Under the pieces are notes generated by a model that was not told where the DNA came from, did not search any database, and saw nothing but the letters and a program-made list of their open reading frames with translations. Source: Pseudomonadota bacterium (GTDB lineage Bacteria > Pseudomonadota > Alphaproteobacteria > UBA1280 > JAAZVW01). Taken from it: 64,000 nt of DNA. A program made the translations under genes and the position numbers. This document shows positions 1 to 9,380 of the stretch, in pieces (within the stretch, counting starts at the first letter, position 1; every line of letters starts with the position of its first letter). The stretch is taken from positions 23,024 to 87,023 of the forward strand of contig JAAZVW010000001.1 of NCBI GenBank assembly GCA_018623135.1, in the 5' to 3' direction.

Positions 1-282
1 ATCGCCTGCGCCGTCTGATGTGTTTTTGTTAAAATCTCTAATTAATACTTCGGCGGCTAAGTTAATCGCTGAATAGCTATTGTATTTAAGCTGTTGAGAT
101 TCTGTAATTGCACTAAGCCTTGTTGTGCTTTGGTTTAGGTTTGTCATTTGCAAGGTCATAAATACGGCAACTAAGCCTGTAACACCTAAAACAGCAATAA
201 GAATTAATCCTGAATTATGTGCCGATTTTAAGACAAATTTAGGTGCACATAGTAGGTATAAACATCTGTTGATAAAAGCCAT
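1..282 (-). CDS. gspK: type II secretion minor pseudopilin GspK-like, N-terminal part (gene continues beyond the window start)
   Basis: Reverse-strand translation from the ATG at 282 gives MAFINRCLYLLCAPKFVLKSAHNSGLILIAVLGVTGLVAVFMTLQM..., a hydrophobic pseudopilin-like N-terminus. It lies immediately downstream of gspJ in the operon and the start is 1 nt from the gspJ stop. Confidence 0.5.
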   Translation of the reverse strand, partial: MAFINRCLYLLCAPKFVLKSAHNSGLILIAVLGVTGLVAVFMTLQMTNLNQSTTRLSAITESQQLKYNSYSAINLAAEVLIRDFNKNTSDGAGD

Positions 283-283
283 G

Positions 284-844
284 TTATTTAAGCTCCACAA
301 CAATAGGGAAGGTGCGCGACCAACCAGTTTCAACATCGTTACCTAAGGTAAGTTTAATAGCGATAGGTGTTTTATTATTTAGCCAAGTATTCAGCCATTG
401 TTTTTTATCATTTAGATATTTAATACTGTAGTCATCTACGGGGATAAGATAGGTTGTGAGAGGCTCTTTGCCGTTTAAATTGGTCAACTTATCTACCGCT
501 GTGCGGGTAAGGTAGGTTTTACCATCTTGCGGATGAGACTCAAATTTATAAGAGAGTAATTCTAGACCAGATTTAGGCATAGGCTCATCTTCTTTAATGC
601 TTGCAACTTTGATATAGCGCGTAAATGAGAATCCTTGGGTATCGCCTTTAAATCCAGATCTGAAATTTTCAATGTCTTCTTCTATTTTAAGCAAAGTATA
701 ATAGGTTTGTTCTTGCTGTTGCAAACGCTCATCTGCATGGTTGGTGAATGTTTGGAATAAAACAGACCCTAGGCTTGTCATTAAAATAGCCATTAAAGAA
801 AGTGCGATAAGCACTTCAATAAGTGTAAAACCTTTAATTTTCAT
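284..844 (-). CDS. gspJ: type II secretion minor pseudopilin, GspJ-like, with prepilin-type N-terminal methylation motif
   Basis: N-terminus MKIKGFTLIEVLIALSLMAIL fits the G-F-T-L-I-E prepilin cleavage/methylation motif. Its 186 aa size and position after gspH support GspJ rather than GspI. Confidence 0.55.
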   Translation of the reverse strand: MKIKGFTLIEVLIALSLMAILMTSLGSVLFQTFTNHADERLQQQEQTYYTLLKIEEDIENFRSGFKGDTQGFSFTRYIKVASIKEDEPMPKSGLELLSYKFESHPQDGKTYLTRTAVDKLTNLNGKEPLTTYLIPVDDYSIKYLNDKKQWLNTWLNNKTPIAIKLTLGNDVETGWSRTFPIVVELK

Positions 845-1352
845 CGCTAAAGCTTTCTACAACAAGTGGCATTTGTGTGCTGTTACTTATAAGTTTAAAA
901 CCTTTGTGATTGTCGTTGTTATCAATAAGAATAAGTTCAAAAGCAGGGGGTGTTGTAAAGCCTGAAAGGTTAAAGATAAAAGGCTCATTTTCATAGTCTT
1001 TATCAGCAATAATTTTTTGGATGCTTAAACGACTTGGTTTAAACTCTTTTGGTTCAAAACGCTCGATTTTGATTTCTTCAGAGCTTTCTTTAAAGGGGTC
1101 TATAAGCAGGTTTTGGTTTTTATATGTTGCAGTAATACTGTTTTCTGCAGGGTTTATCTCTATGCTTACAGATGCGTTTTGTTTTATACAGTCTTTACGC
1201 AATTGCTCCATAAAGGCGCGCAGCTGATTAGCTTCTTGTCTTGGGTTTAAGTGGTCTGCAGACGGGAATTGAGGCACTAAAAAGGCGGCCATTCCCCCAA
1301 TAATTGCAAGAACAACCAGCAATTCAAGAAGAGTAAAGCCGCCAATTTTCAT
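834..1352 (-). CDS. gspH: type II secretion minor pseudopilin, GspH-like
   Basis: N-terminus MKIGGFTLLELLVVLAIIGGMAAF is a prepilin motif. It is 172 aa and sits directly downstream of gspG. Confidence 0.6.
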   Translation of the reverse strand: MKIGGFTLLELLVVLAIIGGMAAFLVPQFPSADHLNPRQEANQLRAFMEQLRKDCIKQNASVSIEINPAENSITATYKNQNLLIDPFKESSEEIKIERFEPKEFKPSRLSIQKIIADKDYENEPFIFNLSGFTTPPAFELILIDNNDNHKGFKLISNSTQMPLVVESFSDEN

Positions 1353-1382
1353 GAGTATATTCTACTTTCTATAAAAGAAAGA

Positions 1383-1805
1383 TTATTCCCAGTTTGTGAT
1401 ATCAGCGTTATCTTCTGTACCACCTTTTTTACCATCAGCACCGTAAGACATAAGGTCATAGCCTGATTTAGACTGAATACCAGGGCTTAAATAAATATAG
1501 TCATTATCCCAAGGGTCTTTAGGTAGTTTTTGCATATAACCACCATCTTTCCAGTTTTTAGCGCCAGCTGGTTTTTCAACCAGTGCTTTAAGACCTTGGT
1601 TTGTTGTTGGGTATTTACGATTATCTAGCTTGTAAAGTTCAAGCGCTTGCTGAATTCCTTTAAGCTGCATTTCCGCTTGTGTGCGGCGTGCTTTTTCAGG
1701 CGCATCAAAAATTTTAGGGGCAACAAAGGTTGCTAGCACACCAATAATTACAATAACAACAAGTAGTTCCATAAGTGTGAAACCTGAAAGGCGATTATTC
1801 TTCAT
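1383..1805 (-). CDS. gspG: type II secretion major pseudopilin GspG
   Basis: MKNNRLSGFTLMELLVVIVIIGVLATFVAPKI is the canonical GspG N-terminus. The protein is 140 aa. Confidence 0.9.
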   Translation of the reverse strand: MKNNRLSGFTLMELLVVIVIIGVLATFVAPKIFDAPEKARRTQAEMQLKGIQQALELYKLDNRKYPTTNQGLKALVEKPAGAKNWKDGGYMQKLPKDPWDNDYIYLSPGIQSKSGYDLMSYGADGKKGGTEDNADITNWE

Positions 1806-1807
1806 TT

Positions 1808-3067
1808 TTATCCTCCAGCGAGTGTGTTTAGTTCAAAAATAGGTAGTAAAACAGCAATCATAATAAAGGCAATAAGCCCACCCATAAGCATAAGAAGTAA
1901 AGGCTGAATAAGTGTAGTTAAACCTTTAAGACTATTTTTAAGCTCGGTGTTATTTGCGCTATATAAACGCGCAAGCATTTGTGGCAATCTGCCAGAACTC
2001 TCGCCCACACGTGTCATATTAATAAGTAAGCTTGGGAAGCATTTTGCTTCTTTCATAGCGCGAGCTAAGGGCACACCTTCACGTACTTGTGTTTGCATAT
2101 GGTCAATCTTATCACCAATATAAGCATTTGGCATAAGTTTTTTAGAAATTTCTAATGATTTAAGCATAGGCACACCTGCACTTAATAAGGAAGAAAGAGC
2201 ACCTGTAAAACGTACCAATGCAATTTGTTCAAAGAGCTTACCGATTTTAGGAAGTTTTAGCAGTGTTCTATCTTGTATTTTTTTAGCCTGAATGTTTTTA
2301 CGTATAAATATTTTATAGCTGAAAGCCAGTAGGCACAGGCCAATTAAAAGCAGTAAGCCATGGTTTTGTAGCCAGTTACTTGTATTGAGTAAAAATATTG
2401 TGGCTTCTGGCAGAGCTTGCCCCATATCTGCAAACATTTCAGTTATTTTAGGCACAACAGAAACTAATAAAAAGCTGATAAGTGCCAAACCAACAACAAG
2501 CATTAAAACAGGGTAGGTAAGTGCAGATTTAAGCTCTGCAGTTAGCGCCTGCCTTTCTTCTAAAATATCAGCAAGTTCTAATAAAACACTACCCAATTTA
2601 CCTGTGCTTTGTGCGGCGTAGACCATATTTACATAAAGGTTGTTAAAGTACTTAGGGTGTTCTAGTAGTGCTTCATCTAAGCGTTTGCCTTCAGAAACTT
2701 CCGTACGTACTTGTTGTAGCACCTGAATAAATCCTCGGCTTTCTGCCTGATCTATCAGCGTATCTAAAGATTCGATAACCGGCATGCCCGCATCTACAAG
2801 TGTGGCAAATTGTCGTGTAAAGGCAACAAGTTCTTTAAAGGATACTTTACCACCACCAATTTCTAAAGCCATAATATCAGCAAGTTGCATGGTTTTAAGC
2901 TGGCTTACGTTAAAAGAGGCAGACTTTTTAGAGCTTTCTGAAATATGACTTACGAAGAGGCCTTGGTTTTTGAGTGTACTTTTTGCAGAAGATAAAGAAG
3001 CCGCTTCTAGGTTTCCTGAAACTTTTTTTCCATCAGCATTAAAAGCGTTGTACTTAAAAAATGCCAT
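1808..3067 (-). CDS. gspF: type II secretion inner-membrane platform protein GspF
   Basis: 419 aa polytopic membrane protein located between gspE and gspG. It shows the GspF/PilC-family duplicated-domain pattern. Confidence 0.85.
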   Translation of the reverse strand: MAFFKYNAFNADGKKVSGNLEAASLSSAKSTLKNQGLFVSHISESSKKSASFNVSQLKTMQLADIMALEIGGGKVSFKELVAFTRQFATLVDAGMPVIESLDTLIDQAESRGFIQVLQQVRTEVSEGKRLDEALLEHPKYFNNLYVNMVYAAQSTGKLGSVLLELADILEERQALTAELKSALTYPVLMLVVGLALISFLLVSVVPKITEMFADMGQALPEATIFLLNTSNWLQNHGLLLLIGLCLLAFSYKIFIRKNIQAKKIQDRTLLKLPKIGKLFEQIALVRFTGALSSLLSAGVPMLKSLEISKKLMPNAYIGDKIDHMQTQVREGVPLARAMKEAKCFPSLLINMTRVGESSGRLPQMLARLYSANNTELKNSLKGLTTLIQPLLLMLMGGLIAFIMIAVLLPIFELNTLAGG

Positions 3068-3079
3068 TTATATACCTTT

Positions 3080-4747
3080 CTAAGACGCTTTTGTTACGCG
3101 GAAAACTTCTTCAAGGGTTGTTTTACCCTGTGAAGCAAGTAAAAGCGCTTCTTGAAAGAGTGTGAGCATGCCTTCAGATTGAGCAAGTTCACGCATTTGT
3201 GTATCAGAAACATTGTCATTTACTAAGCGGCGTAACCCTGGCGTTACTTCTAGCATTTCACAAACAGCGGCACGACCTAAATAGCCTGTTGTTGATGAGC
3301 CAGAAGGCACGGGCGCATAAAGTTTAAGTGGTCTTGGTATTAAATCTTTTGGCAAATTATCTGTAAAGATTTTACGGATTTCAGGTGTTATTTTAATTTC
3401 TTCTTTGCTGCTGTCATCTAACGTACGCAATAGACGCTGTGCAATAACCGCACGCAGTGATGAGCCAACTAAGAAGGGCTCTATACCCATATCAATAAGC
3501 CTTGTTACAGCAGAAGGTGCATCATTGGTATGAATGGTTGTAAGCACTAAATGACCAGTAAGTGAGGCTTGCACTGCAATTTGCGCTGTTTCAGTATCAC
3601 GTGTTTCACCAATAACCACAACATCAGGGTCTTGCCTTAAAATAGAGCGTAAACCTTCTGCAAAGGTAAGCCCGATTTTTGTATTAACTTGTATTTGACC
3701 GATACCATCGAGCTGGTATTCCACTGGGTCTTCAACAGTAACAATGTTAATGTCTGGCTTATTAATCTCACGAATACCAGCGTACAGGGTTGTTGTTTTA
3801 CCAGAACCTGTTGGGCCAGACACTAAAATAATGCCGTTAGGTTCTTTTAAAAGGTTTTGTAATTTTATAAGTTGAGAATCCCTTAGTCCCATATCTTTCA
3901 GCAAAATTGCTTGTTCATCTCTACCTAATAAACGCATAACCACACGTTCACCATGAGATGTTGGTAAAATAGAGATACGCACATCCATTTCTTTACCAGC
4001 AAGTGTTATTTTAAAACGACCATCTTGTGGGAGCCTTGTTTCTGCAATATCAAGCTCAGACATAACTTTTAAACGTGCAGACATAGCGGAATGTAACTTT
4101 TTAGAAGGGGTTACAATCGTGCGTAAAACACCATCTACCCTAAAGCGAATCACAACTTGTTTTTCAAAAGGTTCAATATGGATATCAGAAGCTTTTTCTT
4201 TAATCGCTTGCGCAAGAATAGAGTTAATTAAACGGATAACAGGCGCATCATCGTTTGCATCTAGCAAGTCTTCAGTTGCTTGCAGATCATCTGTTAAACT
4301 TGGTTCTTCAGATAAAGAAGAGGCGACATCTTCAGCTGATTGTTGGATGCGATCAAATGTTGCATTAATAAGGTTTTTAAGTGTACCTTCTGGCATATAC
4401 ACAGGTCGCACACGTAAGTTATGCTCTTTTGCATAATCATCCATAATATCGCTACCTAAATCAGGGTTCGCCATAGCAAATATAATTTGGGTATCATTTT
4501 GGGCCAGGGGAAGGCACTTGTACTCTTTACAAATGCTTAAGTTTAAGGGTGCAACAAGCTCGGCTGTAATGTCATCTGTTACCTCTGTTACCAAAGGTAA
4601 ACCATAGTAATCTGCCGCTTTTTGTTGGGTGTGTGCATCAAATTGCCCTGTGCTTTCTAAAAAGCGATTTAGGGTGAAAAAATCATGCCCAAGATCCGCA
4701 GGGATTTGAATATCAAGTTCTGTTTTAAGGTAATCTGCGTATGTCAT
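3080..4747 (-). CDS. gspE: type II secretion ATPase GspE
   Basis: Walker A GPTGSGKTT is present. It has the secretion-ATPase architecture, is 555 aa, and sits between gspD and gspF. Confidence 0.9.
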   Translation of the reverse strand: MTYADYLKTELDIQIPADLGHDFFTLNRFLESTGQFDAHTQQKAADYYGLPLVTEVTDDITAELVAPLNLSICKEYKCLPLAQNDTQIIFAMANPDLGSDIMDDYAKEHNLRVRPVYMPEGTLKNLINATFDRIQQSAEDVASSLSEEPSLTDDLQATEDLLDANDDAPVIRLINSILAQAIKEKASDIHIEPFEKQVVIRFRVDGVLRTIVTPSKKLHSAMSARLKVMSELDIAETRLPQDGRFKITLAGKEMDVRISILPTSHGERVVMRLLGRDEQAILLKDMGLRDSQLIKLQNLLKEPNGIILVSGPTGSGKTTTLYAGIREINKPDINIVTVEDPVEYQLDGIGQIQVNTKIGLTFAEGLRSILRQDPDVVVIGETRDTETAQIAVQASLTGHLVLTTIHTNDAPSAVTRLIDMGIEPFLVGSSLRAVIAQRLLRTLDDSSKEEIKITPEIRKIFTDNLPKDLIPRPLKLYAPVPSGSSTTGYLGRAAVCEMLEVTPGLRRLVNDNVSDTQMRELAQSEGMLTLFQEALLLASQGKTTLEEVFRVTKAS

Positions 4748-7700
4748 TAACGAACCCTTAATACATGCACAGCGTTTTGTTCAATTGCTTTTTGGTTATC
4801 TGAGCTTAAAGCATAAATGTCAATTTTAGATTTTGAAATACCAGATGCAACAAGAAAATCTTGCACTTGCGAAGCGCGTTTAATGGCTTGTTTACGACCT
4901 GCTGCGCCTTTTGTGGCAGCAGAAAAAGCTCTTACTTCTAAGCGGATAGGTGACCAATCTACAAAAAGATTAGGTATCTTACTCAGTTGAGTTAAGTAAG
5001 CTTCCGCAATTTTGCTAGAGCCATCTTCAAATCCAATAAAAGCAAGTGGGTAAGGTAAGCTTTGTGCTTTTTGAGCGAGGTTCGGTTGTGTGAACAAAGG
5101 CTTAACAAGCTGTGTTTCTTGCAACTGAATTGGCGCTGGATCAATAGGTTTTGTAAGGTTAATAGCTGCTTCTGGCATATTAAGTTTTTTAAGTTCTTTA
5201 GGTTGTGCGAGCTTAACTTCTGGCTGTTTGAGTTTAACAGCATCTTGTTGTACTAATTTAGGTTCTTGGTAAGTAAGATTCGTTTCTGTTGTAGAAACCG
5301 CCGTACCTGTAGAAATTTTTGCTTGCGCTACGGCTTGTTGGCGTTCTTCAAGCAATGGTGCAGGAGCAGAAAATTCTTCTGCAGATGTTGCTGTATTTGT
5401 TTTTTGACCAAGCGGAGCGGATGTTCTTTTCGCCGTAAGCTCAGAAGGAATAGAAGGTGCAAATTCAGCAGATGTACGCATGCGTAAAACATCTATATCC
5501 ATAGCTGCGTTTGAGATCACTGAGTTTTGCGTAAGTAAAGCAGTTTCAGGCATTAGCATAGGCTGTTCACCATCTTCTAGCTGCTTTGCGGCTACAGGTT
5601 GAGCAGGTTTAATAAGTGTTACAGGCTCTTTTGCAATAGGGCGCGCAACTTGCGCTACCTTAATTTCTTTTGGAGCTGCAATGCGGTAATTTTCTGTTTG
5701 TGGGTTTACCTTAACTTGTTTTTGCTCAAGTTTATAAGCTTGGGGCTTTTTTGCACGGCTTTCCTCCTGAATCGGCGTGTTTTGCTGATGGACTTCAGGT
5801 GTTTGATTCGGCTCAATAACAGGCATTATTTGCTGAGCGTTTGTTGGTTTTGGTGTTTTAAATAAACCACGATTTTCATCACGCAGGTGGTTAGGTACCA
5901 TATCTGCTTCTGGGATTTCAACACGTTTTACAAGCGCAGAACCTTTGCGTGGTTTTGTTTTTTGACGCTCACGAATTTGTGTGTATTTATCATTTGTAAT
6001 GCTGTCTAGATCACCGAATGTATTGATGATTTGCGGCTTTAAGAAAACCATAAGGTTTGTTTTGCTATTTTGAACGCGCGAGGATTTAAAGAGTTGACCT
6101 AAACCCCAAATGTTAGCAAGACAAGGGACAGCGGAATTTGCTTCTGTTACATCGTCACGAATAAGACCACCAAGTACAACCATATTGCCGTTTGGTACAA
6201 CAACAGAAGTTTTGATAGAGCGTTTACGTGTAATCAGGTCGGCGGCATTTTCGTTATTTGGCGCGACAGATGAAATTTCTTGATAGATTTTCATTTGGAT
6301 AAAACCGTTTTCAGAAATTTGAGGGGTCATGCGCAATGTCAGACCGATATCCTGACGTTCGATTGTTTGAAATGGATCGGCGCTACCTGAAGAATTTGAG
6401 TAGGAACCAGTCACAAATGGTACGTTATCACCGACAATGATTTCTGCTTCTTCGTTATCCAGTGTTAGAAGCTGAGGTGTTGATAGAATGTTGATGCTTG
6501 ATTCTGACTTTAAGGCATTGATTAACATACCAATATTTGCAAATTCGGTGCCGTTAAAATCAATTGTTCCGCCCGCTAAACCGAATGAAAAACCGCTTGG
6601 TAATGCTAAAGGATTTGAGGCTAAGTTATTAATAAGACCATTAGCAGATGAGGTGACACCACCAAAAGGTACAATGCCAGAGCCTGAACCGATACCTTCT
6701 GTCGCGCGCCATTCGATGCCAAATTGGTCTGCTGTATCTGCGGATACTTCCATAATAAGGGCTTCAACATAAACTTGAAGGCGGCGGATATCGAGACGAC
6801 GGATAACTTCTTGCAGGGTGACCATGTCGACAGGATCTGCTGAAAGAACAAGAGCATTTGTTGTTTCATCTGCAACCACAGAAACAGGTGCACGAAATGC
6901 TGTAAGAGAGGCTAAAGATGATTTTTTAACTTGGTCGTTGTTGTCTTGAGCGTCTTCTTCTGCTTCTTCGTTACGTGTAATAACTTCGTTAAGTACTTCA
7001 GCTAAGTTTTTAGCATCTGCATGTTTAAGGTAGAAAATTTCTACAGATTTTACTTTAGCATTTGTGTCTAGATCTAGTTTATCCACAAGGCGTCTGATCG
7101 CTTGCAAATCTGAATAATCAGCAACTACAATAAGTTTATTACTTGTTACTTCAGGAATAATTTGAACGGGTGTACCTTCACGCGATTTAACTTCGTAGAT
7201 ACGGTCAATAATATCAGCGACTTGGGCTGCATCGGCATGGTTAAGTGGTACAAGCTCGATAGCACCTGCCGATGATGGTGTATCAAGATCTTTAATAATG
7301 CTTTCTAAGCGTGAAATATTTGCAAAATTTTCTGTAATAATAAGGCTATTTGTTGGCCTAAATGAGCTCAAGTTAGCTGATTTTGAAAGAAGAGGCTTTA
7401 TGATAGGAATAACAGAATCCACGCTTAAATATTTAAGTTTAAGAATGCGTGTGATGATTTCTGCCGGGCGGGCATCATCGGGTTCTGCTCGGCCTTTAAT
7501 TGTTTGAATTTGCTCGGATGTTGCTTCAGATGAACGGATAACTTTAAAGCCATTGCCCCCATCTTCGACTAATGCGTAGCCAACACCTTGAAGAAGACTT
7601 TCGTAGACTTCTAGCACAGCGTCTTCTGGTACTGGGTTAGGGCTAATAATGCTTACTTTGGCAGAAGCGTTAGAATCTAATGTAAAATTGTATCCTGTTA

Positions 7701-7857
7701 CTTCTGCCACGTAGCGTGTTAAATCTGTAATTGCAACGTTTTCAAAGTTAAAAACCACGCCTTCACTTGGTTGGGCATAGGCATAGCTAGAGCCTAAAGC
7801 CGTAAGGCCAAGTGCTAGTGTTTTTAAAGAGCTTTTTATTGTTGTTGTAAGGCTCAT
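4747..7857 (-). CDS. gspD: type II secretion secretin GspD with a roughly 375 aa C-terminal extension (Pro/Gln/Lys-rich linker plus OmpA-like peptidoglycan-binding domain)
   Basis: The N0/N-domains and secretin core are recognisable (VVVPNGNMVVLGGLIRD...NLMVFLKPQIIN). After about aa 660 comes a long low-complexity tract. The protein ends IRLEVRAFSAATKGAAGRKQAIKRASQVQDFLVASGISKSKIDI...NAVHVLRV, an OmpA C-terminal-domain-like pattern. Confidence 0.85.
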   Translation of the reverse strand: MSLTTTIKSSLKTLALGLTALGSSYAYAQPSEGVVFNFENVAITDLTRYVAEVTGYNFTLDSNASAKVSIISPNPVPEDAVLEVYESLLQGVGYALVEDGGNGFKVIRSSEATSEQIQTIKGRAEPDDARPAEIITRILKLKYLSVDSVIPIIKPLLSKSANLSSFRPTNSLIITENFANISRLESIIKDLDTPSSAGAIELVPLNHADAAQVADIIDRIYEVKSREGTPVQIIPEVTSNKLIVVADYSDLQAIRRLVDKLDLDTNAKVKSVEIFYLKHADAKNLAEVLNEVITRNEEAEEDAQDNNDQVKKSSLASLTAFRAPVSVVADETTNALVLSADPVDMVTLQEVIRRLDIRRLQVYVEALIMEVSADTADQFGIEWRATEGIGSGSGIVPFGGVTSSANGLINNLASNPLALPSGFSFGLAGGTIDFNGTEFANIGMLINALKSESSINILSTPQLLTLDNEEAEIIVGDNVPFVTGSYSNSSGSADPFQTIERQDIGLTLRMTPQISENGFIQMKIYQEISSVAPNNENAADLITRKRSIKTSVVVPNGNMVVLGGLIRDDVTEANSAVPCLANIWGLGQLFKSSRVQNSKTNLMVFLKPQIINTFGDLDSITNDKYTQIRERQKTKPRKGSALVKRVEIPEADMVPNHLRDENRGLFKTPKPTNAQQIMPVIEPNQTPEVHQQNTPIQEESRAKKPQAYKLEQKQVKVNPQTENYRIAAPKEIKVAQVARPIAKEPVTLIKPAQPVAAKQLEDGEQPMLMPETALLTQNSVISNAAMDIDVLRMRTSAEFAPSIPSELTAKRTSAPLGQKTNTATSAEEFSAPAPLLEERQQAVAQAKISTGTAVSTTETNLTYQEPKLVQQDAVKLKQPEVKLAQPKELKKLNMPEAAINLTKPIDPAPIQLQETQLVKPLFTQPNLAQKAQSLPYPLAFIGFEDGSSKIAEAYLTQLSKIPNLFVDWSPIRLEVRAFSAATKGAAGRKQAIKRASQVQDFLVASGISKSKIDIYALSSDNQKAIEQNAVHVLRVR

Positions 7858-7900
7858 TTAAGGCGCTCCTAATTTTTTAACAAAGAACTAAACGTTGTAA

Positions 7901-8707
7901 TTAAGCTTCCCCATGCAGGGTTTTAAGTAGGCGGGCATGCAATGTTGGGTTTGATGCCACCATTGTTGTGCTTTCTGCTGTTAAAGGTTCACCTTTAATA
8001 TCGGTTACTTTACCACCAGCTTCGACCATAACAAGACGACCAAGAGCGATTTCGATAGGGCTTAAACCTACAGCAACAAAACCATCTGCACGACCAGAAG
8101 CGACTTGTAAAATATCGGCTACTGGGTTTTGAGTCATACGACAAGAAACGCCTGTTTTTAAGAAATCTGACATTGCAGAAATAACGTAAGAGGCATCTTT
8201 ATTCGGTTTGCCTTCTAGACGTGAAGGTACGTGAAAGTGGAAAAGACCTTGTACAAGAGATGTACGGCCTGTTACACGGTAACGCATTTCGTTATCTTTT
8301 GCGCCTTCGCCTTTTGCACAAGTAAAGTCTGTATCTTGTACAAAGTCGTAAACAAGAGCCTCAATAGGTTCGTCTTTTTCTGTAACTACGTATGCAGAAA
8401 GACCAGGTTCGATTGAGTGCATAAAGTTTGCGTAGCTTGCAATAGGAGACGCCATGATTTTAACAGAGTCGGTACCTTCCTGCTGAAGACCTTCTTTAAT
8501 ATCAATTGTGCTTTCTGGGTATGTTTCACTTAAAACATTAAATTGAAAGCCGTTTACCTTGTTAATTGCCTTTTCTAGAGATTGTTCTAGACCAGCTGTT
8601 TTAACTTGTTGACGTGCCATATCACCAAAAAAGCGGTTAAGGTCTTTAGATGATTTGTGACACATGCGTAGAAGATTTTGCAAACGCGGTGCTGTGTTAA
8701 TAGCCAT
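7901..8707 (-). CDS. inositol monophosphatase family protein (SuhB-like, divergent)
   Basis: C-terminal region ...VASGRADGFVAVGLSPIEIALGRLVMVEAGGKVTDIKGEPL resembles IMPase/SuhB motifs (WDxAAG...EAGGxVTD). Confidence 0.55.
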   Translation of the reverse strand: MAINTAPRLQNLLRMCHKSSKDLNRFFGDMARQQVKTAGLEQSLEKAINKVNGFQFNVLSETYPESTIDIKEGLQQEGTDSVKIMASPIASYANFMHSIEPGLSAYVVTEKDEPIEALVYDFVQDTDFTCAKGEGAKDNEMRYRVTGRTSLVQGLFHFHVPSRLEGKPNKDASYVISAMSDFLKTGVSCRMTQNPVADILQVASGRADGFVAVGLSPIEIALGRLVMVEAGGKVTDIKGEPLTAESTTMVASNPTLHARLLKTLHGEA

Positions 8708-8709
8708 AA

Positions 8710-9273
8710 TTATTTAGCCCTTTCAACGTAAGTGCCATCGGCTGTTGAAACAACGATGCGTTCACCCGTTTCGATGAATTGTGGCACCATGACTGTTTCG
8801 CCGTTTTCGACTTTAGCTGGTTTATAAGATGAAGAAACAGTTTGACCTTTAATAGCGGCATCTGCTTCTAAAATTTCCATTGTAACTTGAGAAGGAAGCT
8901 CAACACCGATTGGGTTTGCTTCGTGCATTTCAATTTGGATTTCCATATTTTCTTGAAGCCATTTGGCTGCGTCGGCAATAACATCTTCTGCAATGGCGAT
9001 TTGTTCGTAAGATTCCATATCCATGAAGTTATGCATATCGCCTTCTGAGTAGAGGTATTGCATTTGCTTTTGTTCTAGCACGGCACGCTCAACTGATTCT
9101 GTTGAACGGAAACGCTCATTAAGTTTTGTGCCTTGAGTGACTTCTTTCATTTCTGCTTGAACGTATGCGCCGCCTTTACCCGGCTGTGTGTGTGAAATTT
9201 TTAGAACGCGCCATAGTTTGCCTTGGTGCTCAAGAACATTACCAGGGCGGATTTGGTTTGCATTGATCTTCAT
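8710..9273 (-). CDS. efp: elongation factor P
   Basis: MKINANQIRPGNVLEHQGKLWRVLKISHTQPGKGGAYVQAEMKEV... is the canonical EF-P KOW-domain N-terminus. The protein is 187 aa. Confidence 0.9.
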   Translation of the reverse strand: MKINANQIRPGNVLEHQGKLWRVLKISHTQPGKGGAYVQAEMKEVTQGTKLNERFRSTESVERAVLEQKQMQYLYSEGDMHNFMDMESYEQIAIAEDVIADAAKWLQENMEIQIEMHEANPIGVELPSQVTMEILEADAAIKGQTVSSSYKPAKVENGETVMVPQFIETGERIVVSTADGTYVERAK

Positions 9274-9380
9274 CTGAAACTAACCTTAAAGAATATGTTA
9301 TGTAATTTAGCTAAATATATTTATATCGCGCAAATTTAACAGTATAGCGTTTAAAATGCAACAGTATATTAAGGTGGTTT

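Noticed and set aside
125-346. Plus-strand 73 aa ORF at the window start
   Set aside because: It overlaps the gspK start and gspJ end on the opposite strand. No RBS is present and it is spurious.
4119-4436. Plus-strand 105 aa ORF inside gspE, and several ORFs antisense to gspD (4992-5865) and to the MCP genes (14079-15026)
   Set aside because: They are embedded antisense within strongly supported genes. Their composition is low-complexity and reflects the sense-strand repeats. No RBS is present.
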